Positions 26,097-39,212 of a DNA stretch of 64,000 bases are shown in pieces (within the stretch, counting starts at the first letter, position 1; each line of letters starts with the position of its first letter). The translations under genes and the position numbers were made by a program. The notes beneath the pieces were generated by a model. That model was not told where the DNA came from and made no database searches. It worked only from the letters and a program-made list of their open reading frames with translations. This DNA comes from Chrysomallon squamiferum (Eukaryota; Animalia; Mollusca), in assembly GCA_012295275.1 (NCBI GenBank), contig CM022671.1:6572001-6636000 (forward strand), read 5' to 3'.

Positions 26097-28925
26097 TGGC
26101 AACCACTGGATGTTCATTCTGCCAACCAAATGAAAATTGCATTATGTTTTACAGCTTTCTGGAATTTGATTATTTCTAGCATTTCATTTGTAGAAGCATG
26201 ACAATCTCTCATAGTATGAATGATACAAAAGTTTTTCTTTAACACTTCCATTACATATATATAAATTTACTTTGATCATTTTAATATTTTATTAAACCAT
26301 TGCCTGTATTCATTCTTTGACAATTTGTTTTACTACTTGGAATCTTCAAGTCTTTTTATATAGCTACACTTTTGTCATCAAGTCTCTAAATAGAAATGTT
26401 ACTTTTAAGATTTCTGCATCCTGTCTTTCTTTGTTCATTTCTCACATTTGACTGACAGTTTAGTATTTTTAATGTAGTGATTATTCATTCAGTCTGTCAC
26501 TGGATTAACAATATTATCATTTTAATCCAATACTTAAAAATATAAAGCTGTTTAAAGAAATTACTTAACAACTTTACATTTTTAATATAGTGTTTACAAG
26601 CCTTGTATCTGGTGACAGAATTAAATATCAGTATTTATCAGTGCTCAAATTAATATTTACTTACAAAAGGAACAAGTGAAGTGTGAATACTTATATATTT
26701 TATGTATACAACGTTTCATCTTTAGAATACCTTCCAGTTCAAAACTTCATGAAATTTATCACTTGATGAATATTTGTAATTCAAAATGAAATATTTTTTA
26801 AAATCCGGTGATAACTTAGTCATTAATTTATTACAATTTTGTATGTCAGAAAATTCTAAAATTACTGTTATGAAAGTGTTCTTTAGTTTACTAGACTGAC
26901 AATGATGTAAAACTGAGAGACTTGTTATTCATTCTTCAGATTTGTTAAACTGTTTATAAATTAACTAAACTGTATTTAAGAATTTACATTCAGCTTCACA
27001 AGTTCCATTGTTGTATGTGTCTGTGTGTGTATGTGTGTGTTCTGTGTTTCATGTATATTTTCACTGAAGCCAATTAGATCAAATGTGTGATGTAAAGAAA
27101 TGTCCATTGTTTTTCAAACTGAGCTCTCTTAACACTTACAGAATATCTGTCTAACTTGCATTTGATAAATACATCAGTAAGTTCATTTTAAACACACAGT
27201 GAATGCAGTAGTTAGCATTGGTTAACTGAGATTTTTATTTATTGAATGAATTTGTCTTTTTGTGACTACCCAGAATAAATGGGTAGAGGCATCTCTGCAT
27301 AAATTGTATATTTTTCAAACTGATCAGAAAGCTATGTTTACGCTATACAAATATTTTAACATCATATCAGAGTATCTAGAAAACAACCATTCATTTCTTC
27401 ATCAACACTGTATGACTGCTGCTGCCCAAAATGTTTTTCCATTTCTTTGTAATTTGAGAAAATCTGCAGGATATTTTAAATACACAACAACCAAAGATCA
27501 TAGATTCTTTACCTTTTTTAAATTTACCTTTGTATCGTCAGATGTTTTTTAACACAAGGTAAACATGGATCCTGTGATCAGTGTTAATGATAGGTCTTTG
27601 TTACTGTAAGATTGTCATACAGTATGCTTTACAATGTAGAGCCAGAAGAAAACATTGTAATTATGTAAATAGTGTATTACATATATAATACAGACTTCTT
27701 TGAAAGCTGAATTATTTGTATTTGCAAACCATTATTAACTCATAGATTTTGAATGAAAATGTAGAAAAAAAATAAAATATATTGTTTTGTTTGCTTGTGT
27801 TATTGTCATTTGTTTACATTTGTAGATGAAGATACAATGTCTTTCAAAAGATTTTGGTGGTCTTTTTCTTCTTTTTTCTTTATTTTTGTTATTTTTATTG
27901 CTGCTACTACTATTATTATTATTATTATTATTATTACTTTAAAAAAAAAAAAATATATATTTTTATCAGCAAATGTTTTACTCTACATTCTGTGGTAAGG
28001 TTCATTTAATGATTCTTTATTGCTAATTATATAGTAACCGAAGGATGGCTGTAGGTGATTTCCCAGTTCACATAAAAAAATATGCTTGCACTTGGTAATA
28101 GTTAATGTTAAATGATTTTGTACGAAAGTCTGAGATTATTTTCATTATGATGGTATCAGATGTTTTGTACAATGCACAACATGGTATTTAATTCGGTGAA
28201 ATGTCCTCTATTTAAATTACAGTACCTATTTTAAATATATTTTTAAAATTATCACATTTTTATTTTATTTTATTGTTGAAACTGTTTAAAATTAAACACA
28301 TTAAAGTTTGTCATTAAATTGTGTTATGACACAAACACGTTCTCTCAAATACAAAGTACAATATAAACAGAAGTCTTATAATATTGTATCGGCGGCACAA
28401 AATGTATATTGAAGTATCGTTAATTTAGGTTAAACTTGAAATGTGTTGAGATCCATTTGGCACGATGAATGTTAAATAATTTAATCTTCTAATATAACTA
28501 TCACTTAACTATAAATAATTAAATAAACTCTTTTAACAACTACGATATCAACTTGTATCATCCAGTTTCTTAGACACTATTGTAAATAACGTATGAAATT
28601 AAGTTCCATACGGAAACACATGAAGCCAGTTTATTTCAACAGATGATTAATTTCAAAGCTTTCTAGAGAAACCAGTTTGTTCTGAAAAGTGACTGTCTGC
28701 ATTTACATTCGTATGGTTACTAAAAGAAAAAGCTTTTCAGTAAAGGTTAAACAAAATAGGCCAAGGCGACATCTGATTAAGGACGTTGACCATGCACAGT
28801 ATTGATGTGCGTGTTACGCTTCGATTGCGGGATTAATCTGCTATGATTACTTTTTAAGTGGAATGTGTGCAGAAATAAAACAAGAAGAACCACTATTTTA
28901 ATATTTTTCAACATTTCACGGTAAA

Positions 28926-29355
28926 ATGGCGATTAGGCCACTTCACTTAGTGGCAGTAATTGTTGGGTCGTTGGAGATCGTTCTGTTCGCAGGCAAGTGG
29001 AAGTTACTGAGTCAGTCTGTGTATGTTCGTGCAAAGTCAGATATTTTATTTTAAATTTTTATTATTATTATTTTTTTTATAATTACTTTTTATTTATTTA
29101 TTTTAACGAATGACGTACTTGTCAAAATAATGTGTGTCACTTAGTTTTCTTTTGAATTATGTGCTTTCTCAGAAAGCAGGAACTTAGGAAAACTGACAAA
29201 AATATACTGAAAAAGTTTAGTAATGCATATCAAGTGGTCAACTATACAGCGCGTCATTAGAAACGCACCATAATGTTAATTCATAACTAACTGTTAACTG
29301 CTTATTTTATTGTATTGTATTGTATTGTATTGTATTTATTTATTTATTTAATATT

Positions 29356-29386
<31 letters not shown>

Positions 29387-32300
29387 TATTTTATTTAACA
29401 ACAATAATAAAATATTAAGTGTGTGTGTGTGTGTGTGTGTATATAAATATGTATATAAATTATATTACAGGTGTTATATTTGGCTGGCATTCTATCGTGT
29501 ATGTGTATAAAGATGAAGGATATTTTGCTGTGTGTACTGCACTCAACAAAACACAAACTTCATCTGATTTAACAAACCACAGCATTTCTATACAGTCTAC
29601 AGATACTGCAGTTTATAATTTCACAGGTTTGTTAACACATTTAAAATAATGATAATATTAATAAGAAGAAGAGTAACAATTATAACACAACAAGAACAAC
29701 TAATAATACTAATAATACTACTACTAATAATAATAATAATAAAAAGATGCTGTAACTTGTGTTTAAGATTTATCTTACTGTTACATTAATTTATTGAAAT
29801 GATGATGATGAAGTCACAAGTAAAATAAAAATTATAATGTAATTATTTTTCATCTGAAGCAACATTCTTCTACTAATGTGTTTTATATTTCAGCTTTGAG
29901 ATATTTTAATGTATTTCATTGCTATCTAATAATATATTTTATGTTTTAATTTTAACATAATTAAATATGTAAAAGCAGATATGCACATTAATGATGTATA
30001 TAATATGAAACAGATGTAATGTTTTTAGTTTCAACAAAGCCTACAGTTAATGATCAGAGTTGTGAAGAAAGATTCCGCAGACATCAGGAAAGTGGCTCCC
30101 AGTCTGTGTGTGCAGAACAAGACAACAAATTCAATCTTATTTTCACCTTGGCAACAGTCATAAATGGTCTCCTGTCTGTCTTCAATGGCTATCTGTACGA
30201 CCGATTTGGAACTCGCTTCTGTCGCATTGTCATGATGTAAGTGTTGTCAAATTTCTGTAGCAAAAACAAACAAAAGAACTGTTTTAAAGACTTTACTGGA
30301 TTCATTCTGTAGAGTTTATTGGTGAATTTTCTGTCCATTAATTATTAGATAATTGTTGACAGTCTTCAGAGGAAATCCTAAATTTGTTTATACTGAACTT
30401 CTCACATGCAAGATGCATGATTTTTGAATCGGCAGCAGATAACAAAACCACTAAACTTACTGATTGTCCACTGAGTGAACAGAGAGTGTGTATCATCCAT
30501 TCTGAGATTTACACTGACACAGGAAACTTTATAAATTGAAATAAGTCTTAATTCACTTAGTATAACAGTATTTACTATATTTGTATATTATAAAGTATAC
30601 TTATGGTGTCTCAAAGAAATACTTTCAAATTACATTTTATATTTTCATTTTAATCACTGTCCATTTGTAATGCATAACAACAAATTGTCTGTAGTTGTGA
30701 TACCATCACATACAGTTACTTCTAGAGCTGTCAAACAAATTAGTTACCATTCTGCTACATACATAACTTCATCTCAGTTCAAGATGAAATCTTGTTTTGA
30801 GTGGGTAAATTGATGTTGTTTAAGTGTTTTGTAAAAGCATTATTTTGTTTTTATACTTTGTTATTAGCCATGACAATACACCAAAAACAATAAAATAAAA
30901 ATGAAATATTTTATTATTTGTAGTGCCACCAATGTGCTGATTTTTGAGATAACAGATAATTATGTATTCAAACTAAGCTTTTAGTCACCAGGTATGTTAA
31001 TGACACGAAGAAATCTGTTAATGATGTAAATGTGTTTAGAGAGAATAAATTCCTTTTTCTTAAAAAAAAATGTTTATAATTTTTTATTTTCAGTCTCTGT
31101 TATTTGTGTGGTCTTTCTTTCAACATTGCAGCTTCTGCAGGTAATTTTCACATTCGTGTTTTGTTTCTAAGTAAACAAAACACATTTTATTGATTGTAAA
31201 AAATTTTGATATTATTATTATTATTATTACTATTATTAAAAATTATATTGGAAAGGATACGTTTTTTTTTTTTTTTTTTTCTATTACATTTATTGCATGT
31301 GAAAATGTTTTATTTTATATAAACTACGTGTTTTTTTTCAGAACGCCCAGGTTTGCTGTTTCCGGGGTTTATTTTAACGACGTACGGAGGTTACCTCATT
31401 CTTATGACTAATCTGCAGCTAGCTGGATTGATTCCACATCTTCGCTCCATGCTCATGTCTCTCTACTCAGGCTCATATGACACCAGCTCCGGAATGTTCC
31501 TCCTGTTTAAGGTAACAACATTCAAAGAGGAATCCATTATGTCAACAGAATGTTACGTTGTACACTGCGTGATATAATGTTGCAGTAAAATATTTTAGAT
31601 TAAATTCGATTTTTATTTTTTTTATTGGTTAATTTAAAATAGATGAATTCTGTGAATGCACTTCCTGGATAAGTGAATAACACTGAGAAAAGCCTAGCTA
31701 TTATTTTATTTTTTTGCAAGATAAATATTTTGAAAAAAACTTTCCAGTATATTTTATTTTTCAATGATATTAAGATCCTTCTGCTTAATGTAATTGTTAT
31801 TTATATATCTGTGTTGTTCAGTATACATGTATGTATGTGTGTTTCTGTAAAGATAGACTAATACTTATTTTATTTTTTTTTTTTATTTTTTTTTTTAGCT
31901 GTTACATGAAAGTGGTTTCAGAGTCAACTACAGTTTTCTCATTCAAGGAATTCTCTTCTGCTTGATCATAATCAGCAGCACATTTTTGATTCACAAGAAA
32001 ACTCGACTTCCATGGCCACTTCCACCAGACTACGTTCTGACTTTAAACAAGTGTAAAACAAAAACGTCCAGCTACACTGACCAGTCCAACAATGCAGACA
32101 GTGATCCAGGGTGGAAGTTAAACGAGAACGGAAGCATGATAAATCTCAAATATCAGAAAAAACCTCTCATGACTGTCAATGTTGGGTCGAAGGATGACAT
32201 CAACAATTATGAAACTGTGATTTCCGAAGATGAGAAAGTCACAGCAGATTTACTTGAGATCAAAAGACATGACAGAGAGCAGAAACAAGGTGCTCAGACT

Positions 32301-34808
32301 GAGTCAGATTTTCGTAAAGTGGTGTTTTCACCGCTCTACCTGTTTGACCTGCTCTGGATGTGTCTGCAGCGACTGAGGAGCTGGTTTTTCGTTGGGATGT
32401 TTAATCCATGGATCACTCGAATGGCTTGTGGTGATAAATCAGTAGGTGAGACATGACACACAAGCCTGAACTGAAAGTTTAATCTGGCTCAAGTAATGTA
32501 CTAAATTATATCAGAAATTACACTGCAGTGTTTACTTTAGAGTTAATCTGTGTAATCTAGTATTAGCATTATACAAAGTTTAACATCCTGTATGCAAATT
32601 GTTTAAATTTAATTATCAAACTGTTACTGTGTGGCTAAATAAATGCAATAGAAAATTAGGAAAAAAAAAAAAAAAAAAAATTAATTATGCTATTAAAGTG
32701 ATGTTTGACTTTGTATTTATAATTATAGAAAATTAGTCTCTGTTTTCTAGTGATGTTATTAAACAAATATTTGTATTCAAACAAATTAATTACTGAAAAA
32801 GTAACAAAAAACAAAAATATTCTCTTGGTGATAAAAATCAATTACAATTAATAAGTTCTAGTGGTGCTCTTAAAGCAAATGGCTTTTATCCAGTAACTAA
32901 TTATAGAAAATGAATATACAGAGATATAGAAAAATAAATTAGTTCGATGTTAAACAAACTTTATTTCTTCCAGTAAGCCACTACACCTCTTTCTATGCTA
33001 GTGTTCAGTTCCTGGGAATACTTACTGCTCCAATGAGTGGGAGACTGATGGACAGAAAAATCAAATGTGCTCACAAATATTCAAATCCTAAACACGGTAA
33101 CTAAATCTGAAGCATTTTAAAGGTACAAGTTAAAATATTACGTATGTTTGTTTTTATATAATCTAAGACACTGTTCTGAACTGTAATACTTGATTTTTAT
33201 TTAATAAGATACCTGTATTAAGATGTTAAAAGTATGATAAATGTATGCCTCTTTATTTACACATTTAATTTTTTTTTCTTCAGTTTTTTGCTAAAATTAA
33301 TATCATAGTTGTGTATAGCTGTTTTGTTCTAGGGTTTTTAAGTTATTAATAATTCATCTGTTCATAAAAATACAGTGACTTCATTATTATGTCATTTAAT
33401 TGTAAAATTTTCCATTTCTATTAATTGCATTTTTTATTTAATATTCATTTCAGTTTTCTTTTAAATTTATTTATTACTTTTTATTTTTATTGTTTCATTG
33501 TTTTATATATTTCACTGTTACTTTCACATTTTGACTTTCTAAACAACAATTTGTTATTTATTCTTCAAACTATTTGCCCTGCTTCCCAATAAAAGATTTC
33601 TTTCTCACAAATAAAAATTAAATTTTGTAGAACGACTCCATGCCTCGATAGCTTCATTTGTTCTCAACATCACTGTGTCTGTGGTGTTCTCCATCACCAC
33701 GGCGATCCCAGTCATCGAAGTTCAGTATTTGACATGTGTATGCTTCACTCACTACACAGGTCTTTCCTGTACGGGCCAAACTCAGCTTTCATTGCAAATG
33801 CGTAAGATTTTATTTTGTCTATTTATTAAAATTGTGTTTTTTTTATATAATTTTAGAAGTTCAGTTATTTAGAAAATATATTTTACAAAATAATAACTTT
33901 AAAATAATGAAAGTGTAGAAATTGTATTATCAATAAAATTAAGTGTTACTTATTAAGTTCGACTTGTCTGATGTTTTTTGCACGTGTCTAGGTATACCCT
34001 GTCCATTTCCAATTGTACATTTAAACTTCTCCATGTGTAGAATTCAGTTTTGATTTATTTATAAATGTCTGAAAGATTACAGTAGGAAAAAGCTTCATCT
34101 ACTTAGACTGTTATGTAAAAAACACTTTCTTAGAGGATTTATTTCTTATTATTAAACTAAATTAACATCATTTGCAGATTCCCTGCTGAACATTTTGGCA
34201 AACTCTTTGGGATATCTCTGACAGTTTCTGCTATATTTGGGATGTTGCAATATCCACTCTTTCTTCTCATTCAGGGTCCTCTTGATAATGATCCACTAGT
34301 AGTAAGTTTCAGTTACAGACCTTTTTTTAAATTCCTCATTTTTGTAGTATTCACATATTTCTTTATATAGTATGAAAAACATACTTTTCATATTTCAGTA
34401 GACTGTTAAAAGCACTTGTTTTGTTACAGATGATTTTTGTTAATACTTATTACTATTTCCTAATACAACAGACAACATAAAATGCTAAAACAGAAATCAG
34501 TATAATTATACAAGAAAACATGTGAAATATTTTTGTATTTAAACCAAAAAGATTGTTGTCAATTAAAACTAATACCAAGCATGAAATTTGTTTTTGCTTT
34601 TTTTTAAATTTTTCTCAAAGCTCTTTATTTAGGTAATATTTTCACTTACTTATTTTTTCATTTTTTTTTTCAGGTAAACATTTTATTTATCACATTAATG
34701 TTGGTGTCATATGTTCATCCAGCATACATATGGTATTATCTTCAGAAAAAACCAAAAAACGAAAATGAGATAGCAGTAGAAATGAATTCATTTTCAGCAC
34801 AGTCTTAA
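28926..34808 (+). CDS. SLC43A3: SLC43 family MFS transporter, SLC43A3-like (10 exons)
   Basis: Exons 28926-28992, 29471-29626, 30029-30236, 31094-31140, 31342-31511, 31899-32445, 32974-33096, 33631-33801, 34178-34301 and 34674-34808. Motifs: LEIVLFAGVIFGW, GYLYDRFGTR, SLYSGSYDTSS, RSFLYG, AFPAEHFGKLFG and DPLVVNIL..HP. Intron 1 is GC-AG, and exon 8 has one frame break. Confidence 0.92.
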
Positions 34809-34899
34809 TATGGTTATTGATTATATAGCTTATATATATATATATATATTTACACACATTTTGTTTTAATTTCAACATATATTTTATTATTTTATTGTA

Positions 34900-35110
34900 A
34901 CATGTTAGTTACTGTTGTCTATATTTTTCTGTTACCTGTTGTAACATATTACAATTACTGTTGTTACATATTTCAGTTACTGTTATTACATATTACTACT
35001 GTAACATGTCAGTTACTATTGCATATATTTCAGTTACTATTGTCAGATATTTCAGTTACAGTTGTCACATACTGCAAGGTTACTGTTATATTACACTGTT
35101 ATGTAATTGT
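34900..35110. repeat. Degenerate ~22-bp tandem repeat (cagttactgttgttacatattt-like) just downstream of the SLC43 stop
   Basis: Recurring tttcagttac / ttactgtt / acatatt units. Confidence 0.6.
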
Positions 35111-35517
35111 CATGCATTTCTGTTATTTTAATGTTTCACATTTCAGCTAAGAGAAATATTTACTTTTACAATACATATTTTACCAAGTTGTTCTATATCA
35201 TGACATTGTTCAACTGTTACATTTTTAGCATTTGATTAGTTTTCAAAAATATGTTTACATGACAAAATGTTTTACCATTTCTTACATTTTATCCTATATT
35301 TTTGTGTTAATAGATAAAATAAATTTAAAATATTTATTTGGCTGTCCAAATTTCACCGTTTCATTTTCCTGCCTGTTTGTTGAAGATTTTGCAGTATATC
35401 TGTGGTGCTGTGAATAAATTGTCTTTTTTTTTTTACATCCTGCAATCATTTTACATAGTGGCAAGATGTGATCATTAGATAAAGTTCTCTGTTTTCAGTC
35501 ACTGACCAAATTTCTTG

Positions 35518-35571
<54 letters not shown>

Positions 35572-36789
35572 TCATTGTGCAAGAGACATCTTTGGTGTTT
35601 AATTGCTGCTTTTGATCTTAAAAAAAAAAACATTCTGAAAACAGTTTTCATTCCACAGATAACAAGTAAATTGTTATTTAAGAACTGTTTTGTTTTGATG
35701 TATAGCAAGAATAAAAGCAATAAACATGAATCTGCAACTATCAAGAGTGGCGAGATGGGAAATAAAACAGTTAATTTCTTTAATTTTTTATATTATTTAG
35801 GACTGGAGGATAAAAACAAATACACTTTACAGGTTACTGTCCTATTTATCCTGTTTATGTTGAATGGTAGGACGTAACATGGCATAGTCTTGCTGCAGTT
35901 TGGCATTCTCATCCTCAAAGGATGAAACCAATATTTTAAGACAGTAACCCAATATTCCCTGTGTATACTTCCAGATTATTTTTTTGTTTGTTTTGCATGA
36001 CCTTTCGTCCATTATAATACACTGTGATTGTAACTTAATTCTGTTTGAAAACATTTGAAAGCAGCCATTTTATCATAGAGCTGGGACAGACATGATATGC
36101 ATGGCAGACGTGGACCATCTCATTTTGATGAATGCCATAGATCCAGAGCTTTGCTTTAAAAAATGAGATCAGTATCCTGTTATGGGGAAAATATTGACAG
36201 TTAAAGTTAGTACCGTACAAACATGCTTTAATATTTTTCTCAAAGATAAAATATCTGAAACAATTTTCCATTGTAAAATTATCTACATCCTTATAATATT
36301 TATATTTTTATGTCATCTTTAAAGCATCTATTTTATTATATATATATAATTTTATATATCCATTAATGATTTTACATCTATGTATATTATATATATGCTT
36401 GTAGGTATATTTTAATAACTATTTTTAATAATAATTTGTGTTGAACATTTTTAAATGTCTACATGTTAAAGTTTTTTGTATATAGCACAATAACATAGTG
36501 TTCAAAAACAAAAAATCACCATATTAAATTGTATTCAGTAAAATTTATGATTTATAATTAAGAATAAATAAAAAAAGGATTTACTGGCTTTTTTCTCCTA
36601 TTATTAATTTATTTTCTGTAAATTGATAAATCTACACATTTTACACATTATATTGACTCACTTAATAATTAAATAACAAAATGTGTTTATTTTTTATGTG
36701 GAGTTACATATTTTGTCCTTCATGGTTATATTTTTATACTCTTCATTGGGTTCCATAAGTTTGTTGTTTCAAATAATAGTAGTAATAAC

Positions 36790-36822
<33 letters not shown>

Positions 36823-37459
36823 CTTACACTGCTAATTGTAATTCACTTTTGTTTTCTAAAAACTGCCAAAAAGATGAGATGAGTTTTGTAAGCAGTGGTA
36901 ATGTTTTATACAAGCTGAATAACACAGATGAATAACTTACAGGGTTACTTATCACTTACTAATCAAAGAAATTAATAAACCAATCTTTCAGATTTTAACT
37001 TGTTACAAAAAAACATATTTTATCATGACAAAAACACCTGCAATATTATTTCTTTTAGTTTTGTGTTGAATAATTTTAAAATATGAATTTCTGATTGTCT
37101 GGAAATTTAGAAATCACAAACCATATTTAAACTGTTTGTGTGTGATCTGTGCATGCATTGTATCTATGGTTATATGTTTATAAAATTATGTATTATAATA
37201 AGAGAAAAAAAAGAGAAATGTCACTTACTGTTATAGTTCAAATATATTTTAATAAATATTGGAAACTGTGAATAAAATTATGCTTGAAATATTTGTGTTT
37301 ATTTTATCTGAAGAATGAAGTCATGTTTAAGTAAAACTCAACTATATTCAGATATTTTATTGTTATGTGTTTCATTAAGGACCCATAAAAAAAAAATAAA
37401 AAATAAAAAAAATCAGTTAAAAACAGAGAGATGCTTTCTGGATTGTTACTGACTGTTTT

Positions 37460-37520
37460 ACCATTAGCAACATGGGATTATTTATAGAGACCTTCCCATA
37501 AACAGAAGAGCACATATCAC
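37460..37520 (-). mobile_element. Degenerate SINE core fragment
   Basis: ttagcaacatgggattatttatagagaccttcccataaacagaagagcacatatcac aligns by eye to 4371-4408 (ttagcaacat..tcccatagacaggagagcacatacca). Confidence 0.6.
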
Positions 37521-39006
37521 TTTATTTTGTCTCAGACCTTTACAGATAACTCAGGTGATGATGCTGTAATGCAGTAACTTCAAATTTCTGTCAGAAATCT
37601 TTGATAACTTCATTCAGTTAGTTCAGTTTAGTCAGTGTAAAATCGTTTTCATTATAACTGGCATAGAATACTCAAACTGTGTCAGATAAAACAGTTTTAC
37701 AAAAACAATTTTCATTAGCAATGATCACGTTTTTCAATGTGATAAATATAGAACCATTGTTTTCATTATATACATACACAAAACATACAGGGCATGAGTT
37801 TTAGTTGAAATAACAAAAGTTAACTACATTATTTACATGGATTTCTGATATGGTTTAAGTGAAACCACTCCATTATAAATTTTCTTTTTGCTGACATTTG
37901 CTGAGTGATGGTTTGATGGACTCGACCCAGTATTGACTGGAAAGAATGATATCAACAGACCTATTATTAATAATATTATGAATGTGAACAAAATAAAGTT
38001 TATATAATATATAAATAAACCAAATGACCTTATTTAAATAATTAATATCATGAGTCATGTTTATTTTTCTTCTGCATTCAGAGTTCATTACAAATTAAAC
38101 ATTCTGGTCTTGTTATGCCCCAGCGAATAGCTACATGGATCCAAAGAGTTGCTTCTAGTATTTCTAAAATCCTCTATTTCATTCTGTTTTAATAATTAAA
38201 TTAACCAATATTTTTCGTTCATGTAAAATTAAAATGAAAGCCAAAAGTATATATACTTATTATAATTCTATATAATGATTTAACTAGTTTATAAAAAAAA
38301 ATTAAAAAAAAAAAAAAAAATAAAAGAAAGAAAGGAAAAAAAAAAAAAAATATATTATTGTTGTAAATTTTGGAGTATTTTCGCTTAATTATTGTTTTAA
38401 ATTTTTTTGGGGGAAATAACATGGATGAATTAAAGATGGTCCTACTGAAAACTATATAATTTATCCACTGAATTTGTAAGTAATTATCCAAAGTAAAATA
38501 ATGTATGTGCTTAGTAATAATTAGTGGCGTTTGATATATTATTTCTATGCGAGTTATCTTCTCTTTTTACATTTTCGCGAAGATAGACAGCGGGAAGTTA
38601 CAAAAACTTTTCGCGATAGTGCAAATTATTTAAGATCGCAAGTGTTTGAGGTTTTTAGAAATTTTATTTTATTTGTTTATTTATTTTTTAAACTGATCGT
38701 TTTTTTTTTTTTTTTTTTTTTTAAGGCAGAAATCTGTCAAAGCATGGGAGTTCGCATGGAAATTATTCATTGTAAATATATTTGCGATGTTGAAAGTGCC
38801 ACCTCCTCACAAAGCAATAAGTATTATTAAAAAAAAAAAAATGTATCAAAGTTAAGAGGTACGACTGATTTGTGTCGAATATAAATTATGAAGAAGATAG
38901 TTTGCGCATTTCTTCATCTAGTTATATTGTAGAAAGCAAAATCCATAACAGACGTTATGTGAACTAATAATGAATATTAACCAGAGCAGACGTTAGTAAT
39001 ACAACT

Positions 39007-39009
<3 letters not shown>

Positions 39010-39085
<76 letters not shown>
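39010..39085. repeat. (CT)n microsatellite
   Basis: Direct reading. (CA)n tracts also occur at ~35525-35570 and ~50652-50680. Confidence 0.97.
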
Positions 39086-39088
<3 letters not shown>

Positions 39089-39212
39089 ATGTGACAATGA
39101 AAATATTGAAACACTGGACCAACTTTATTTCAAAATAAAAATAATATTTAAACATTTTATTTTAGACATCATAGCAGTTTAGCCCAGCGTGATACCAACA
39201 GATGTTTCAGTA

